A DNA stretch of 64,000 nucleotides from a virus (taxonomy: Duplodnaviria > Caudoviricetes), in the IMG/VR virus record IMGVR_UViG_3300005546_000003, positions 9,617-73,616 of that record. One strand, 5' to 3'. The position numbers were made by a program, and so were the translations under genes. Each line of letters opens with the position of its first letter. The first letter of the stretch is position 1. The notes below the pieces were generated by a model. The model had not been told where the DNA came from, did no database searches, and was given only the letters and a program-made list of their open reading frames with translations. Below, in pieces: positions 42,546 through 52,485 of this stretch.

Positions 42546-45500
42546 TTATGGGCTGGTTTGGGTGTAGGGTTTAAGGGCGGTTTTATAACGACCTAGGAGG
42601 TCTTTTTGTTGGGCGGGTGGAAGCTCTAGGAGCTTGGGAAGGGTCTTGAGCATTACAGGTAGAGCCTCTTGACGCTCTTTGGTGTTGGCCTTTTTCCAGA
42701 CTTTTAGGCGCTCTTCTGGGGTGTGGAGCTGCTCAAAGCGGCGCTGGAATTCTGGAGTCTGGGCATTAGTAAAGGTTTGCTCAATGTCTTTGGGGGTTAT
42801 CAGGCCAGATTCGCGGGCTTGGGTGGCTAGGGTTTGGGCCTTTTGAAAGTCATGCTTAGCGGCAGCTTGGCGAATCTTGAATAGAGCTTGGTATCGGTCA
42901 GACTGGGCTCTGGTCTTGGAGCCTTCCGGTCTGGTGGTTTGCTCGATATTATACATCTCTTCCTCAGCTGCTGTTTGATTGATATCAGCTGGAGCTGGAG
43001 TCAGACCAAAGAAAGCAGGAATGCTCTTGGCAAAGCTAGAGCCACGTTCGCGTTCCTTGGCCACGTTCTGGATTCCATAGGGGAGGAATTGCTTGCCTGT
43101 GAATCTGGCGATGTCTTTTAGTTTCTGGCCTAGAGGATCATCTTCGTTGTAGATCTCGACACCAAAATAGTCTTGATTCTGGAGCATGTCGGCGGTATAG
43201 CCCAGCAACGGGTGGAGCTTATTGATTAAAGTCCGGCGAGACTTAGGGCCAACCCGCCAGAGATCCTGGTAGTGAACTATGTCTTTAATGTAGCTTGGTA
43301 GACTTACTCGTTCTGGATTGCCGCGTTCATCGGTTGCTCCAGTGCGAGGGAAGTAGGCATCCTTGAGTTCTTCTGGGCCTTTGCCATTGTAGAGATAATG
43401 GATTATAGAACCTAGCATAGCAGTCCAAATAGGTAGAGCTATTAGGTAGCTAGTGCGATAGCTCAAGCCTTTGCCTCGGAGAGTTTTAGTAAACACATCT
43501 GTAGCTCCCCCACCAAGCTCGCGGAAAGTTCCTAGGTTCCAGCCAACCGAACGAACTGTGGCATGGGCTATGTCTTTAGCAGCTCGGTGCCAGAATAGGT
43601 TATCATAGACCATTTGACCTAGGCGATTGTCAACGCTATCAACGACTTTGGAGAATAAAATCCTGGCACTCTCTTGGTCTATGTTGGGGTTCTTCTGGAT
43701 TTCCATTCTATAGAGATCATAAGCCACCCCAAGCTTCATCCTCGGGACGGTATATCTCATAACTGGCTCTGAGGCTTTTTCAATGGCTGCAAAGGGGGCT
43801 CGAATAGCTGCTCCAAGGACGTTGCCGTCTCGCCAAGCGGTCTTCATCTTGCGCACCATTTCGTTGGTATAGACTCGTTCTTGCTGGAACCTACCACCGC
43901 CCATTTGATGGGCAGCTACTGCTTCAGCATACTTGGTGTCCTGAGAGCCTGGAGTTCTGGCTTCCTGAAGCATCCTAGAGCCTCGGTAGAGGGTTTCAAG
44001 TGGAGCAGTGATAGGGTTGGATCGAGCTACTGAGCCTGCCCCTTCTAAAAATTGCCCCGAGGCCATTTGGTTGAGCGCTAGTGAGAGCTTGCTGGTGCTG
44101 GCATCAACAGTTACAAAGCCCAAGTGAAATGCGCTTAAGCCAAGTTGAACTTGGTTGAGAGTATTGGCTAGAAACATATAACCTCTAAAGCCAGTGTTGC
44201 CGCGAAGGCCAGGGCTAAGGTAGTTGTTTAGAACTCTAGCTGCTGGTTCTGGTAGGTAGTACTCGCCTCTGATTAGCTTGCCCCCTTGGGGTCTGCTATC
44301 TGGTCCACCAAAGACAGTGAACATAGAATCGTTAACCTTGGCGTAGCCGTCTGGAGCTTGATGGCCGGACTTGACGTATTTGCTCAGGCCTTTTTCTTTG
44401 AGCTCAGCAGCTATCTCAGCAGCTTTAAGGAACTTCAACATTTCATGATACTTTAGCACAAACATATCAGCTGGATTAGTGCTAACTGGAACTAGCCCTG
44501 CATCAATGCCATCCTTAAAGGTTGCAAAAGTTCGTTGGCGCATAAACCCTTTGCGGCCAGCTAGGGGGCGAGTAGAGCTTTGCTTGCGCATAAGGTCTTG
44601 GTAGAGCTCGGTAGCCTTGGCTGGATCTTTCCATAAGTGACCAAAGTAGTTCTCTATTGCCTCCTTCAGCTTGCCGTGGCGCTGGATCATAGCTGTAGCT
44701 TCATCATTGAGCCTGCGCATAGTACGAGCTACTGGTTGGAGATGGTCTGGGAGTTGATCGATTTGGCCGAGCTCGATTTTGTCAATCAGATCATAGCGCT
44801 CTGGAACTGAGAGGGTTTCAAGCAGCTTCCGTCCGTCTTCGACTGCATAGATAGCATGGTTGAGCCTGCGATCTTCGACTGCGCTGCGCTCGCGGACTAT
44901 CATGGCAGCTCTGAGAGCACTGGGGCCTCGGGAGGCTGGCGCTAGATAACGCTGGAAGGTGTCTTTGGTATCGAGGAGGCCTCGGGCGATTTTCTTGGAA
45001 GCTCCGATGATATCATCGCTGATGAATTTCCCTAGGGCCATATCCCACAGGGCTCGCAGGTGAGGGCGGATTCCTGGTCCGTGCATGATGGTCATGCGGG
45101 TGTTCCAGTCTTTGAAACTTTGAACACCTTTCATCAAGAGCTTGCCGGATTCAACTATGCCCTTGATGCCGAGACTAATTGGGTCAGCAGCATGGAGAAT
45201 GCTGGAGTTGAACTGATCATAGGTGCCAAGGTTGCCGATGGCGGACTTGACCTGGGTTGGGTCTAGGGCTATGTAGCTGATAGAACCTGGGTCCTCACTT
45301 GCGTTCTTGTAGCGAACTCCGTCGTATCCCATCTCCTGAAGCTTGGCTCGAACTACGCCCATAGCAGCGGCTTGCTGAGCCTTAGGTCCACCTTCAGTCT
45401 TTCGGTAAACGCTACGTATCTGCTGGATATCTGGCTCAGTAAAGACTCCTGCATCAGCCAATGCCTTAGCCACACCAAGGGGCGCTGCGAAGTTTCCTAG

Positions 45501-48500
45501 GTCTGGAAGGGTAACTGGGTTCTCGATCCTTACATAAGTTGGTAGGACGTTTAGAGGTTTCTTGGCTACCAGAGCTTCCTTTGGTCTACCAGGCCACTGC
45601 TCTAGAACTCCCGTTTGGCGCTCTGTGCTACTAGCTCTTCTCTCATAACCTTCTCCCCTGACAGCCACTGAGTCAATGCTTTCAGTGATTCTATCTACCG
45701 CCGCCTTAGAGGTACCAAAATGAATACCTAAGTCCCCATTGAGTTTGAAGGCCTCAAAGTCTTTAGTGGTGCCGTGGTAGAGCTCTTGGAACGATCCATC
45801 GCTGCGCTTAAAGATACTCTTAGGCCCCATAAACTCAGTGAGCCGTTCATGCTGCTCCCGCTCAGCTGGGTCCTCTAGGTTGAACTTACGTTCTTGGAAG
45901 ATAGAGGCGCTTGGCTTGCTGACCCGCTCTTCGCTGCCCGCAAGACCTTCTCGAAGTTCACTCCCTCTTGGCTCGCCATATCCTGGAGTGCCTTGAGTGC
46001 TGCTGGATTGTTTAAGTTGTGCATTATCAGCACCAGAAAGTCCAGTTCGTCGTCGCTCAAAGGCTCGGGTACGCTCGTTGCTGATGCGCTTGTCGTAGGT
46101 GATGAGTTTTTCATAAAATGATTCTCCGCCTCGTTCTAGGAGGCCTATTAGATTTTCCCTGTGCTGCTTTAGGATGCTTCGAGAGAGCTGAAGGTTTTCT
46201 TTCAGAGCCAGCTCGAACATTCGGTCGGGTTTTGGTGCATGAGGGAGCTCGGTGTGGGTTAGTTCATGGATGGTGCTGGCGATCCAGTCCCGAGCTACGT
46301 ACTTTGGCAGGGCGTCTTCTGCTAGAGTACCATTATTAAACAGACGAATAGCTTCCCGCACAGACGCGAATGGGTTAACAAAGCTTCCCTCGCCCGGGCT
46401 GTGAACTCCTTTATGCCAACCTAGAGTTATGCCGCCGAACTTGGTATCCTTGTAGAGACCCTGCATATATTCGTTGCCGCCCCAGCTGGCTTGGATTTTA
46501 GCCCTAGCATCCTCGAAGACTTGCCGCAAGTAGGTTACAGCAGAGCCTAGTTCAGGGTCAGAAGCTATCTCGGCTCGGAGCTCTGGCGGAGCGGCTTTGT
46601 CGGGATCGACAATATATAGAGGCTCTTCCTCAGAGCTAGAGCGTAGACGTTCGGCTCTATAGGTTAGCTGAGCTTCAGGTACAGTTGTGCCTTCTGGTGC
46701 GATCTCATCGAAGCCAATGGGCATGTTGGGGTCATATTGCTCAAGGGCGTCTCGGATTTCGTAGTCTTGCTGGGCTGAGAATTTCTTCTTTTGTAGCTCT
46801 GGCTTTATCTGCTCTGTTGCTGCTTTTGATTGATACCACTCAGGGTGCGCATCAAACATGGCCCGCCCCGTAGCCAAAGCCTTTTCTTTCCCCACGTAAG
46901 ACTTCACTTGTCCGGGCGCACTGTATTCCATCGGCTTCCCGTTAATGTAAGGAGCAAACCTCCCATCTCCCATAGACTTGACCGTAACCTGTGCAGACTT
47001 CGTTTGCTCCACTACTTCACCAGAGACTTCAGGTCTAGCTGGCTGCTCTAGGGGTGAAGCAACGGGGGCTGCGCTGGATGGTTCTTTCCCTGCCTCAAAG
47101 CTAGGGTACTTGATCGTTTCATAAACCTTAGCTCGGTGTACTGCGGTTGCTCCGCGTACTAAGTCGGCGGCTTCTAGCCCGCGACCGTCTTCGGTTTGAA
47201 GTACCGTGGCTGTTGGATACTTTTTCTGCAACTCTGCGGCAGTTCGTTTACTCCACTCGCTATAGGATTCACTTGGCGGTGTTGGATCTTCAGTCCACGT
47301 CTGACCTTGCTCTCGAATACGAATACTCTCTGGTGTCTCTGCTTCAACCTGTTTAGCAGCTGCTTCAGCTTCTGCTCTAGCTGCTGGTGAGGTTGGCTCC
47401 TTTGGAACTAGGGTCTCCCCACTAATACTCTGCACCCTAGCAGCTCGCTGAGCTCTAATCGCTTCAATCTTCTGCGCCCTGCTCTTAACCTCAGCCCCAC
47501 TAAGCACATCGCTATCTTTTGGCCCACGCATAGGTGCAAGCTTGGATTCAAGGTAACTTGGAGGTAGGACTTCAATTTTGCCTCGCTGAATTGGAATCAA
47601 ATCTCTAGCTGTTGCGGGGCGAACAGTTCCAGTCTTAGCATCTCTAACCTTAACTCTCTCCGGCCCCATAGTGCTAAGAGCTCCCATATTCAAGCCCCCA
47701 GCTAGAGCCTCTGGTAGTTCAGCTCCTTCAGCCAATCCCTGCCCAGTAGCTGCCGTACCCCAGATAAGAGCATTAGCTACTCGCCCAAGTGGGGCAGTCA
47801 AGCCCATACCAAAGTGATAAACCATACCCTCACCAAAGCCCCTAGCCATTCCCTTAGTACCTTCGCGTCCCCGTTGCATGGCCATTTGGAGTGGTAAGTT
47901 AGCAGCGCCGAGAACTTCGCCTCCAGCCACAAGAGCTGGAAGCTGGACTCCAGTGCTACCAATACCTTCATTGAGGGCTAGGCCAAAGCGTTCAACAGCA
48001 TTCCTTGGAGCTGGAGCTAGAGCTCTCATCTCCTCCTGTTTGCCTTTGAGCCAATCCTCGGCTTTATAAAAAGGCTGAGCCATAGCTGTAGTAGGTCTTG
48101 GGTTATCCCGACCTGTGGCTACATCATAAATGTCTTCAGCTACTAGGACTGGAATATTCCCATACCTTATACCACTACCAATCATGCCCAGGAAGCCTCC
48201 AACCCCACCAACTACACCGCGAGTAACAGCGGCTGCTCCAGGATTAAAAGCCGAGCTAGCTGCTATAGACTCGCCAAGGGAGGGCCTAGCTGAAGAGGCG
48301 ATGGAACTTACTTCTCCTTCAACTCTAGCGCCTGCCATGCGATTTTGTGTTGGAGCCTGGGGTTGCACAGGGGCCTGAGCTGCTGGCTGAGTTACTTGTC
48401 CCTTTGGCCGCTTGGTTCTAACTTGCTGCTCTAGCTGTTGAAGGAATCCCCCACCCCTAGGTTGCTGTTGAACCGGGGTTCCACCTAGGATCTTCTGCAC

Positions 48501-48917
48501 ATAATCTTGAGTTTCTCTATATGGGGGAATGCCACCATACTTCTTCACCGCGCCCTCACCAGCATTATAACCCGCTAGGGCTAAACTTAGATCTCCCTTA
48601 AACATCCCCAGCAAATCACTCATGTAGCGCTTCCAGCCCTGAATGGAGCTAACAGGATCATTAACATCTACCCCATAACGCGCCGCCGTTCCCGGCATAA
48701 ACTGGGCGAACCCACGAGCTCCCTTAGGACTAACAGCATTGCTCTTGTAGCTAGACTCCTGCCCCAGCTGCCGAAGGGCAACATCGTGTGGAATACCAAT
48801 TTCATCCGCCGAGCTCCGGATAAGCGAATCCAGTTCTGGAGTCAAACCTCCAGCCCTGCTTCGAGTCCGCCGTCTTGGTGTGATTTTACTTTCTAGCTCT
48901 TCGAGGAATCCTGGCAT
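42546..48917 (-). CDS. giant internal virion/ejection protein: SLT lytic transglycosylase, ADP-ribosyltransferase-like domain and helical C-terminal region
   Basis: QESS...SPKGARGFAQFMPGTA...YNAGEG...ETQDYV; LYHGT...GIHFG...GYDG...YIALDPTQVKSAIGN. Confidence 0.85.
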   Translation of the reverse strand: MPGFLEELESKITPRRRTRSRAGGLTPELDSLIRSSADEIGIPHDVALRQLGQESSYKSNAVSPKGARGFAQFMPGTAARYGVDVNDPVSSIQGWKRYMSDLLGMFKGDLSLALAGYNAGEGAVKKYGGIPPYRETQDYVQKILGGTPVQQQPRGGGFLQQLEQQVRTKRPKGQVTQPAAQAPVQPQAPTQNRMAGARVEGEVSSIASSARPSLGESIAASSAFNPGAAAVTRGVVGGVGGFLGMIGSGIRYGNIPVLVAEDIYDVATGRDNPRPTTAMAQPFYKAEDWLKGKQEEMRALAPAPRNAVERFGLALNEGIGSTGVQLPALVAGGEVLGAANLPLQMAMQRGREGTKGMARGFGEGMVYHFGMGLTAPLGRVANALIWGTAATGQGLAEGAELPEALAGGLNMGALSTMGPERVKVRDAKTGTVRPATARDLIPIQRGKIEVLPPSYLESKLAPMRGPKDSDVLSGAEVKSRAQKIEAIRAQRAARVQSISGETLVPKEPTSPAARAEAEAAAKQVEAETPESIRIREQGQTWTEDPTPPSESYSEWSKRTAAELQKKYPTATVLQTEDGRGLEAADLVRGATAVHRAKVYETIKYPSFEAGKEPSSAAPVASPLEQPARPEVSGEVVEQTKSAQVTVKSMGDGRFAPYINGKPMEYSAPGQVKSYVGKEKALATGRAMFDAHPEWYQSKAATEQIKPELQKKKFSAQQDYEIRDALEQYDPNMPIGFDEIAPEGTTVPEAQLTYRAERLRSSSEEEPLYIVDPDKAAPPELRAEIASDPELGSAVTYLRQVFEDARAKIQASWGGNEYMQGLYKDTKFGGITLGWHKGVHSPGEGSFVNPFASVREAIRLFNNGTLAEDALPKYVARDWIASTIHELTHTELPHAPKPDRMFELALKENLQLSRSILKQHRENLIGLLERGGESFYEKLITYDKRISNERTRAFERRRTGLSGADNAQLKQSSSTQGTPGYGEPRGSELREGLAGSEERVSKPSASIFQERKFNLEDPAEREQHERLTEFMGPKSIFKRSDGSFQELYHGTTKDFEAFKLNGDLGIHFGTSKAAVDRITESIDSVAVRGEGYERRASSTERQTGVLEQWPGRPKEALVAKKPLNVLPTYVRIENPVTLPDLGNFAAPLGVAKALADAGVFTEPDIQQIRSVYRKTEGGPKAQQAAAMGVVRAKLQEMGYDGVRYKNASEDPGSISYIALDPTQVKSAIGNLGTYDQFNSSILHAADPISLGIKGIVESGKLLMKGVQSFKDWNTRMTIMHGPGIRPHLRALWDMALGKFISDDIIGASKKIARGLLDTKDTFQRYLAPASRGPSALRAAMIVRERSAVEDRRLNHAIYAVEDGRKLLETLSVPERYDLIDKIELGQIDQLPDHLQPVARTMRRLNDEATAMIQRHGKLKEAIENYFGHLWKDPAKATELYQDLMRKQSSTRPLAGRKGFMRQRTFATFKDGIDAGLVPVSTNPADMFVLKYHEMLKFLKAAEIAAELKEKGLSKYVKSGHQAPDGYAKVNDSMFTVFGGPDSRPQGGKLIRGEYYLPEPAARVLNNYLSPGLRGNTGFRGYMFLANTLNQVQLGLSAFHLGFVTVDASTSKLSLALNQMASGQFLEGAGSVARSNPITAPLETLYRGSRMLQEARTPGSQDTKYAEAVAAHQMGGGRFQQERVYTNEMVRKMKTAWRDGNVLGAAIRAPFAAIEKASEPVMRYTVPRMKLGVAYDLYRMEIQKNPNIDQESARILFSKVVDSVDNRLGQMVYDNLFWHRAAKDIAHATVRSVGWNLGTFRELGGGATDVFTKTLRGKGLSYRTSYLIALPIWTAMLGSIIHYLYNGKGPEELKDAYFPRTGATDERGNPERVSLPSYIKDIVHYQDLWRVGPKSRRTLINKLHPLLGYTADMLQNQDYFGVEIYNEDDPLGQKLKDIARFTGKQFLPYGIQNVAKERERGSSFAKSIPAFFGLTPAPADINQTAAEEEMYNIEQTTRPEGSKTRAQSDRYQALFKIRQAAAKHDFQKAQTLATQARESGLITPKDIEQTFTNAQTPEFQRRFEQLHTPEERLKVWKKANTKERQEALPVMLKTLPKLLELPPAQQKDLLGRYKTALKPYTQTSP

Positions 48918-50493
48918 TTGGCTTAGCTACTTCCCCGCCTGGATTGGGCCACGGCGTGAGATCGTCTTGCAATACTATAATCTGTCCAGCTGCATAGGCG
49001 TTCTTCACAGCCGTCCAGACTTGATTAGCTGCGTCTGAGTTTTCTGCTCCAGCCCGCTTGGCAGTCTCTAGAACCTCTCTTAGCATAATGGGCTCTTTGC
49101 CCTGCATAGCATAAGTAAAGAAGGTTCCTGACATAGCCTCTCTAAATTTATCTGCTTCCTTCTGGGCCATACGTATAGCGGAGCTCTTAATAGCTCCTGG
49201 ATTAGCCTTTAATAGTTGGAGCTCGTGCATCATTTCTGGATCTAGAGCTTGAATAGTTCCACTCTGCTGCGCTAGGTTAAGCTCACTTGTCAGTTGCTGT
49301 TCAATCTCCAGCGCCTTAGCTTTAACATACTCATCCCTCTGCTGCGGCCCGAAGACCATCATGCTCTTCATTTGAGCAGCTTTAGCAGCATCTTGCGGGT
49401 CAGTCTGTGAGCCCTCTCGATTGCGCTTGGCTATTTCACTTAGAGTATTTTGAATGTTGGCCTTCTGGCCCAGTCGTGCAGTCTGAAGAGCTTCAAGCTG
49501 ATTCTTGGCGGCTTGTCTTTCGGGGAATGGGGCATTAGGGTCAGAGGCTTTTCTATAAAGATTAGCCTCAGTCTGGATCTCTTCCTCAGCTGGGCCAAGT
49601 TTGATTCCAGCTAGCTGATTGATCTCCATAGGATTTAATGGGGTTCCTCTAGCATCCCCGATGGCCTTTACTCTAGCCTGAAACTCAGCTGAAATCATTG
49701 CCAACTGGCTCTGCTCTCTAGCTTGAGATTCAATCCCAAAGTTCTGCAACGCAGTCTTTTGACTCAAGGCACTTTCCAACTGATGCATTCCCCATTGGCG
49801 CTCCAGTTCACTGTCCCTCAGCCTTTGCTGCCTAGCTTCTTGCATTTGCTGCTGACTCATCCCTAAGCTGCTCTTCATCATCGGAGCTCCATGCCGAAGC
49901 GATTGTTGGATGCCAGCTATCCGCTGGTCTAGTTCGTCTATTTGATTTCCGATTCCTCCGGTATATCTACTAGTAACCGGAGCTGGGCCCTCTATAGCTG
50001 GGCTCCCACCAGTTGGTGGTAAGATAGCTGGATGGTCCACCAGTGGATTCCGTGGCATTGGGGCCATTGCTCCAGCCATACCGCCAACTCGTTGATCCTG
50101 TGGTTGGCTTCTGCCTGGGGGCAGAGGGGCATTATTATCCACTGGAACCTGTTGCTGTAGTGCTGGTCCTTGAGGCATCGGCGGCACAACTGGTTGGCCC
50201 TGGATCTTAGGCGTAGCCACGCTGGGCGGTGCCTCTTCAGCCATATACTGACCGCTCTCTACCATTATATCTGGCACCAGAGCAGCTGCTAGTTCATCCG
50301 GCATGCCGAGGTTCTTTAAGCCCAATCTCTTAGCATGCCCAGGAAGGTTAGGATCATTTATCAGCGCACTAAGAGCTAGCTGTCGCTGAGACTGCTCCAT
50401 AGCGTAGTCCTGCTCTCGCTTACGCGCATATCCTCGCTCCATTGTGCCGCCGAAGCCTTTAACTAGGCCTGCAAATAAGTTTCCTGCTCCCAT
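48886..50493 (-). CDS. internal virion/ejection protein
   Basis: Pro/Gln-rich N-terminus, long helical body; position in podovirus-type ejection cluster. Confidence 0.65.
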   Translation of the reverse strand: MGAGNLFAGLVKGFGGTMERGYARKREQDYAMEQSQRQLALSALINDPNLPGHAKRLGLKNLGMPDELAAALVPDIMVESGQYMAEEAPPSVATPKIQGQPVVPPMPQGPALQQQVPVDNNAPLPPGRSQPQDQRVGGMAGAMAPMPRNPLVDHPAILPPTGGSPAIEGPAPVTSRYTGGIGNQIDELDQRIAGIQQSLRHGAPMMKSSLGMSQQQMQEARQQRLRDSELERQWGMHQLESALSQKTALQNFGIESQAREQSQLAMISAEFQARVKAIGDARGTPLNPMEINQLAGIKLGPAEEEIQTEANLYRKASDPNAPFPERQAAKNQLEALQTARLGQKANIQNTLSEIAKRNREGSQTDPQDAAKAAQMKSMMVFGPQQRDEYVKAKALEIEQQLTSELNLAQQSGTIQALDPEMMHELQLLKANPGAIKSSAIRMAQKEADKFREAMSGTFFTYAMQGKEPIMLREVLETAKRAGAENSDAANQVWTAVKNAYAAGQIIVLQDDLTPWPNPGGEVAKPNARIPRRARK

Positions 50494-51302
50494 TATGGCC
50501 CCGACTTTCCGGGAAGACTCAGAGGCTTAGAAGTCTTTCCTTTATTAAGTAGTCCGCCTGGAGATAGCAATATCCCCAGCAAGTTCCCAATGCCTTCGCC
50601 AAAGGCTCCAGACTTTTCAGCACTTTGCTGAGACTTAAACATCTCTAGTTGATTCTGCTGGCCTTGCTGACCTAATAGGGCTTGAAGAATGCCATTCATT
50701 CCCCCGGTAGCTCCAGTTTGCAAATTAACTCCGCTCCCCAGCAGTCCCTGCCCTATTCCTGCTAAGCTACTCGCAGCTCCACTTTGTGCCCCAAATCTCA
50801 ATCGTGCTATTTGACTTCCTAGCTGGCTTTGCTGGTCGCCTAATAGTTGGGCCGTGTTTCCTCTAGGTGCAAACTTAGCAATATTCTGCAGCTGCGCTTG
50901 GCTGCCAGTTCTAAGATCTGATATCGGCCCGGCTAGGGCCCTATTCAATCCCTCGCCGCCACCAAGTAGGTTCTTGAAGTAATCCCCAGCATTGGTCATG
51001 TAGCCAGCACCTTGACCTACTAGGGGTTTCCCTTGGTCTATCAGCCCTTGGCTCATAGTGCCCTGTTTGGCTATGGCATCTCTAAGAGCCTGATTAGTTG
51101 CTAGTTGGTCTGGGTTAGCACTAGAGCTAGAACCCGAACTAGAACTTCCACCCCTAGAATTCAGTAATCCTCCGGCAGCACCGGCTGCTGCGCCAATGCC
51201 ACCTGCCAGCTTAGCACCGATACCTACCAGCGGTCCTATGCCAGGAATCAGGCTAGCAGCTATTGGCAGCCCTACCTTGAGGACCTTTTTCATAAACGAC
51301 AT
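50493..51302 (-). CDS. Gly/Ala-rich ejection (pilot) protein
   Basis: GAAAGAAGG hydrophobic stretch, Gln/Ser/Gly-rich. Confidence 0.65.
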   Translation of the reverse strand: MSFMKKVLKVGLPIAASLIPGIGPLVGIGAKLAGGIGAAAGAAGGLLNSRGGSSSSGSSSSANPDQLATNQALRDAIAKQGTMSQGLIDQGKPLVGQGAGYMTNAGDYFKNLLGGGEGLNRALAGPISDLRTGSQAQLQNIAKFAPRGNTAQLLGDQQSQLGSQIARLRFGAQSGAASSLAGIGQGLLGSGVNLQTGATGGMNGILQALLGQQGQQNQLEMFKSQQSAEKSGAFGEGIGNLLGILLSPGGLLNKGKTSKPLSLPGKSGP

Positions 51303-51303
51303 C

Positions 51304-51666
51304 CTAGTTTTTTCCTGCTACTTTCCTAAAAGCCCGCATAGGCACCTCTTCCATTCCACCGCGTTTGCAGAGTTTGGCTACCCTATCATCGCTGGGGAAT
51401 ATGTAATATTCAACTCCCTGCATAACTGATTCAACGCCCCGCTGAAATTCCCTCCAATTTACTTTAGCTCTGTATTCTGGCTCCACATACATTGGCTCAG
51501 CGTGAGGCACCAGCTGCACTACATGAAACCCGACCACCTTGCCTTCATCATTCAATGCGCCGTAAATAGCGCTTAGCTTGGGGTCAGGCAGCTCGCCGCC
51601 ATTGACATCAAATATAGCTCTAAGACTCTCCACTTCCTGCGGCTCCAGCCATCTATAGGTAATCAT
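51304..51666 (-). CDS. putative GNAT-fold protein
   Basis: VVGF..., YVEPEYR, LCKRGGM; position like podovirus internal-protein acetyltransferase-like genes. Confidence 0.5.
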   Translation of the reverse strand: MITYRWLEPQEVESLRAIFDVNGGELPDPKLSAIYGALNDEGKVVGFHVVQLVPHAEPMYVEPEYRAKVNWREFQRGVESVMQGVEYYIFPSDDRVAKLCKRGGMEEVPMRAFRKVAGKN

Positions 51667-52142
51667 TATTTTGCAGCCCCCTTCACTTTCTGAGACGCCC
51701 TCAGGTACTGGATTGCCTTCTGAAGAACGTCAATGTTGTCATCGGCCCTGCTCAAAAGATTGTTACACTTGTCGCAGAGTAACCCTCTTACTAACCCCGT
51801 ACTATGGCAGTGGTCAATTCCAAGCCGCTTCTGCCGTGCATTTTGGGTTTCCTTCCGCCCACAGATGGCACATTTGCCTTGCTGGTTCGCCCACATAATC
51901 TGGTAGTCCTCTTCTGTAATGCCATATCGAGAATACATATGAGTGGCCCATCTCTTATGTGGATCAGCATGGAGGGCGTAGTAAGCCCGTTTCTTGGCCT
52001 TTAGCTCATCAAGATTTTCAAGCCTCCATTGACGGATGAACTTAGCTTGACAGGGCTTACAATAAGAGGCCCTGTGCGGGGCTTTACACAAGTGGAAGTC
52101 ATCCAGAGGCTTCGTTTCTTTACAGATTTTGCATTGCTTCAT
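51666..52142 (-). CDS. endonuclease VII-like HNH homing endonuclease
   Basis: CKICK, YGITEEDY, QQGKCAICG, IDHCH.TG.VRGLLC.KCN. Confidence 0.88.
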   Translation of the reverse strand: MKQCKICKETKPLDDFHLCKAPHRASYCKPCQAKFIRQWRLENLDELKAKKRAYYALHADPHKRWATHMYSRYGITEEDYQIMWANQQGKCAICGRKETQNARQKRLGIDHCHSTGLVRGLLCDKCNNLLSRADDNIDVLQKAIQYLRASQKVKGAAK

Positions 52143-52483
52143 TTTGGGCCCCAGCCACTTCTAGTGGAATTTCCAGTCTCCTTAACATACAACACTGTAG
52201 CCGCTCCGCCTTTTTGGTCTACATATAGATCTCCAACACTCCCCAAAACGCTTCCCTCTGGAGTTCCATTACCGGAGCTGATCTTAATTGGAGCGCTGAG
52301 ACCTAGATTCAATCCTTGTTCTAACAAGCCCCCAGTTCTAGCTGCTGGAACCTCCTTCTGGGTTGCCCCTTTAAGCTCATCTAAGCTGCCCTTCAGAATC
52401 TCCACATAGTCAAACAACATCCTGATAGCCTTAGCTACCCGATCATCTGCCTTGCCCTGAACCTCTATCCGTGTCATTGCCAT
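52139..52483 (-). CDS. virion-associated hypothetical protein
   Basis: GNGTPEGSV.G.VGDLY...LYVKETG...GW resembles tail-fibre N-terminal motif. Confidence 0.6.
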   Translation of the reverse strand: MAMTRIEVQGKADDRVAKAIRMLFDYVEILKGSLDELKGATQKEVPAARTGGLLEQGLNLGLSAPIKISSGNGTPEGSVLGSVGDLYVDQKGGAATVLYVKETGNSTRSGWGPK

Positions 52484-52485
52484 AA

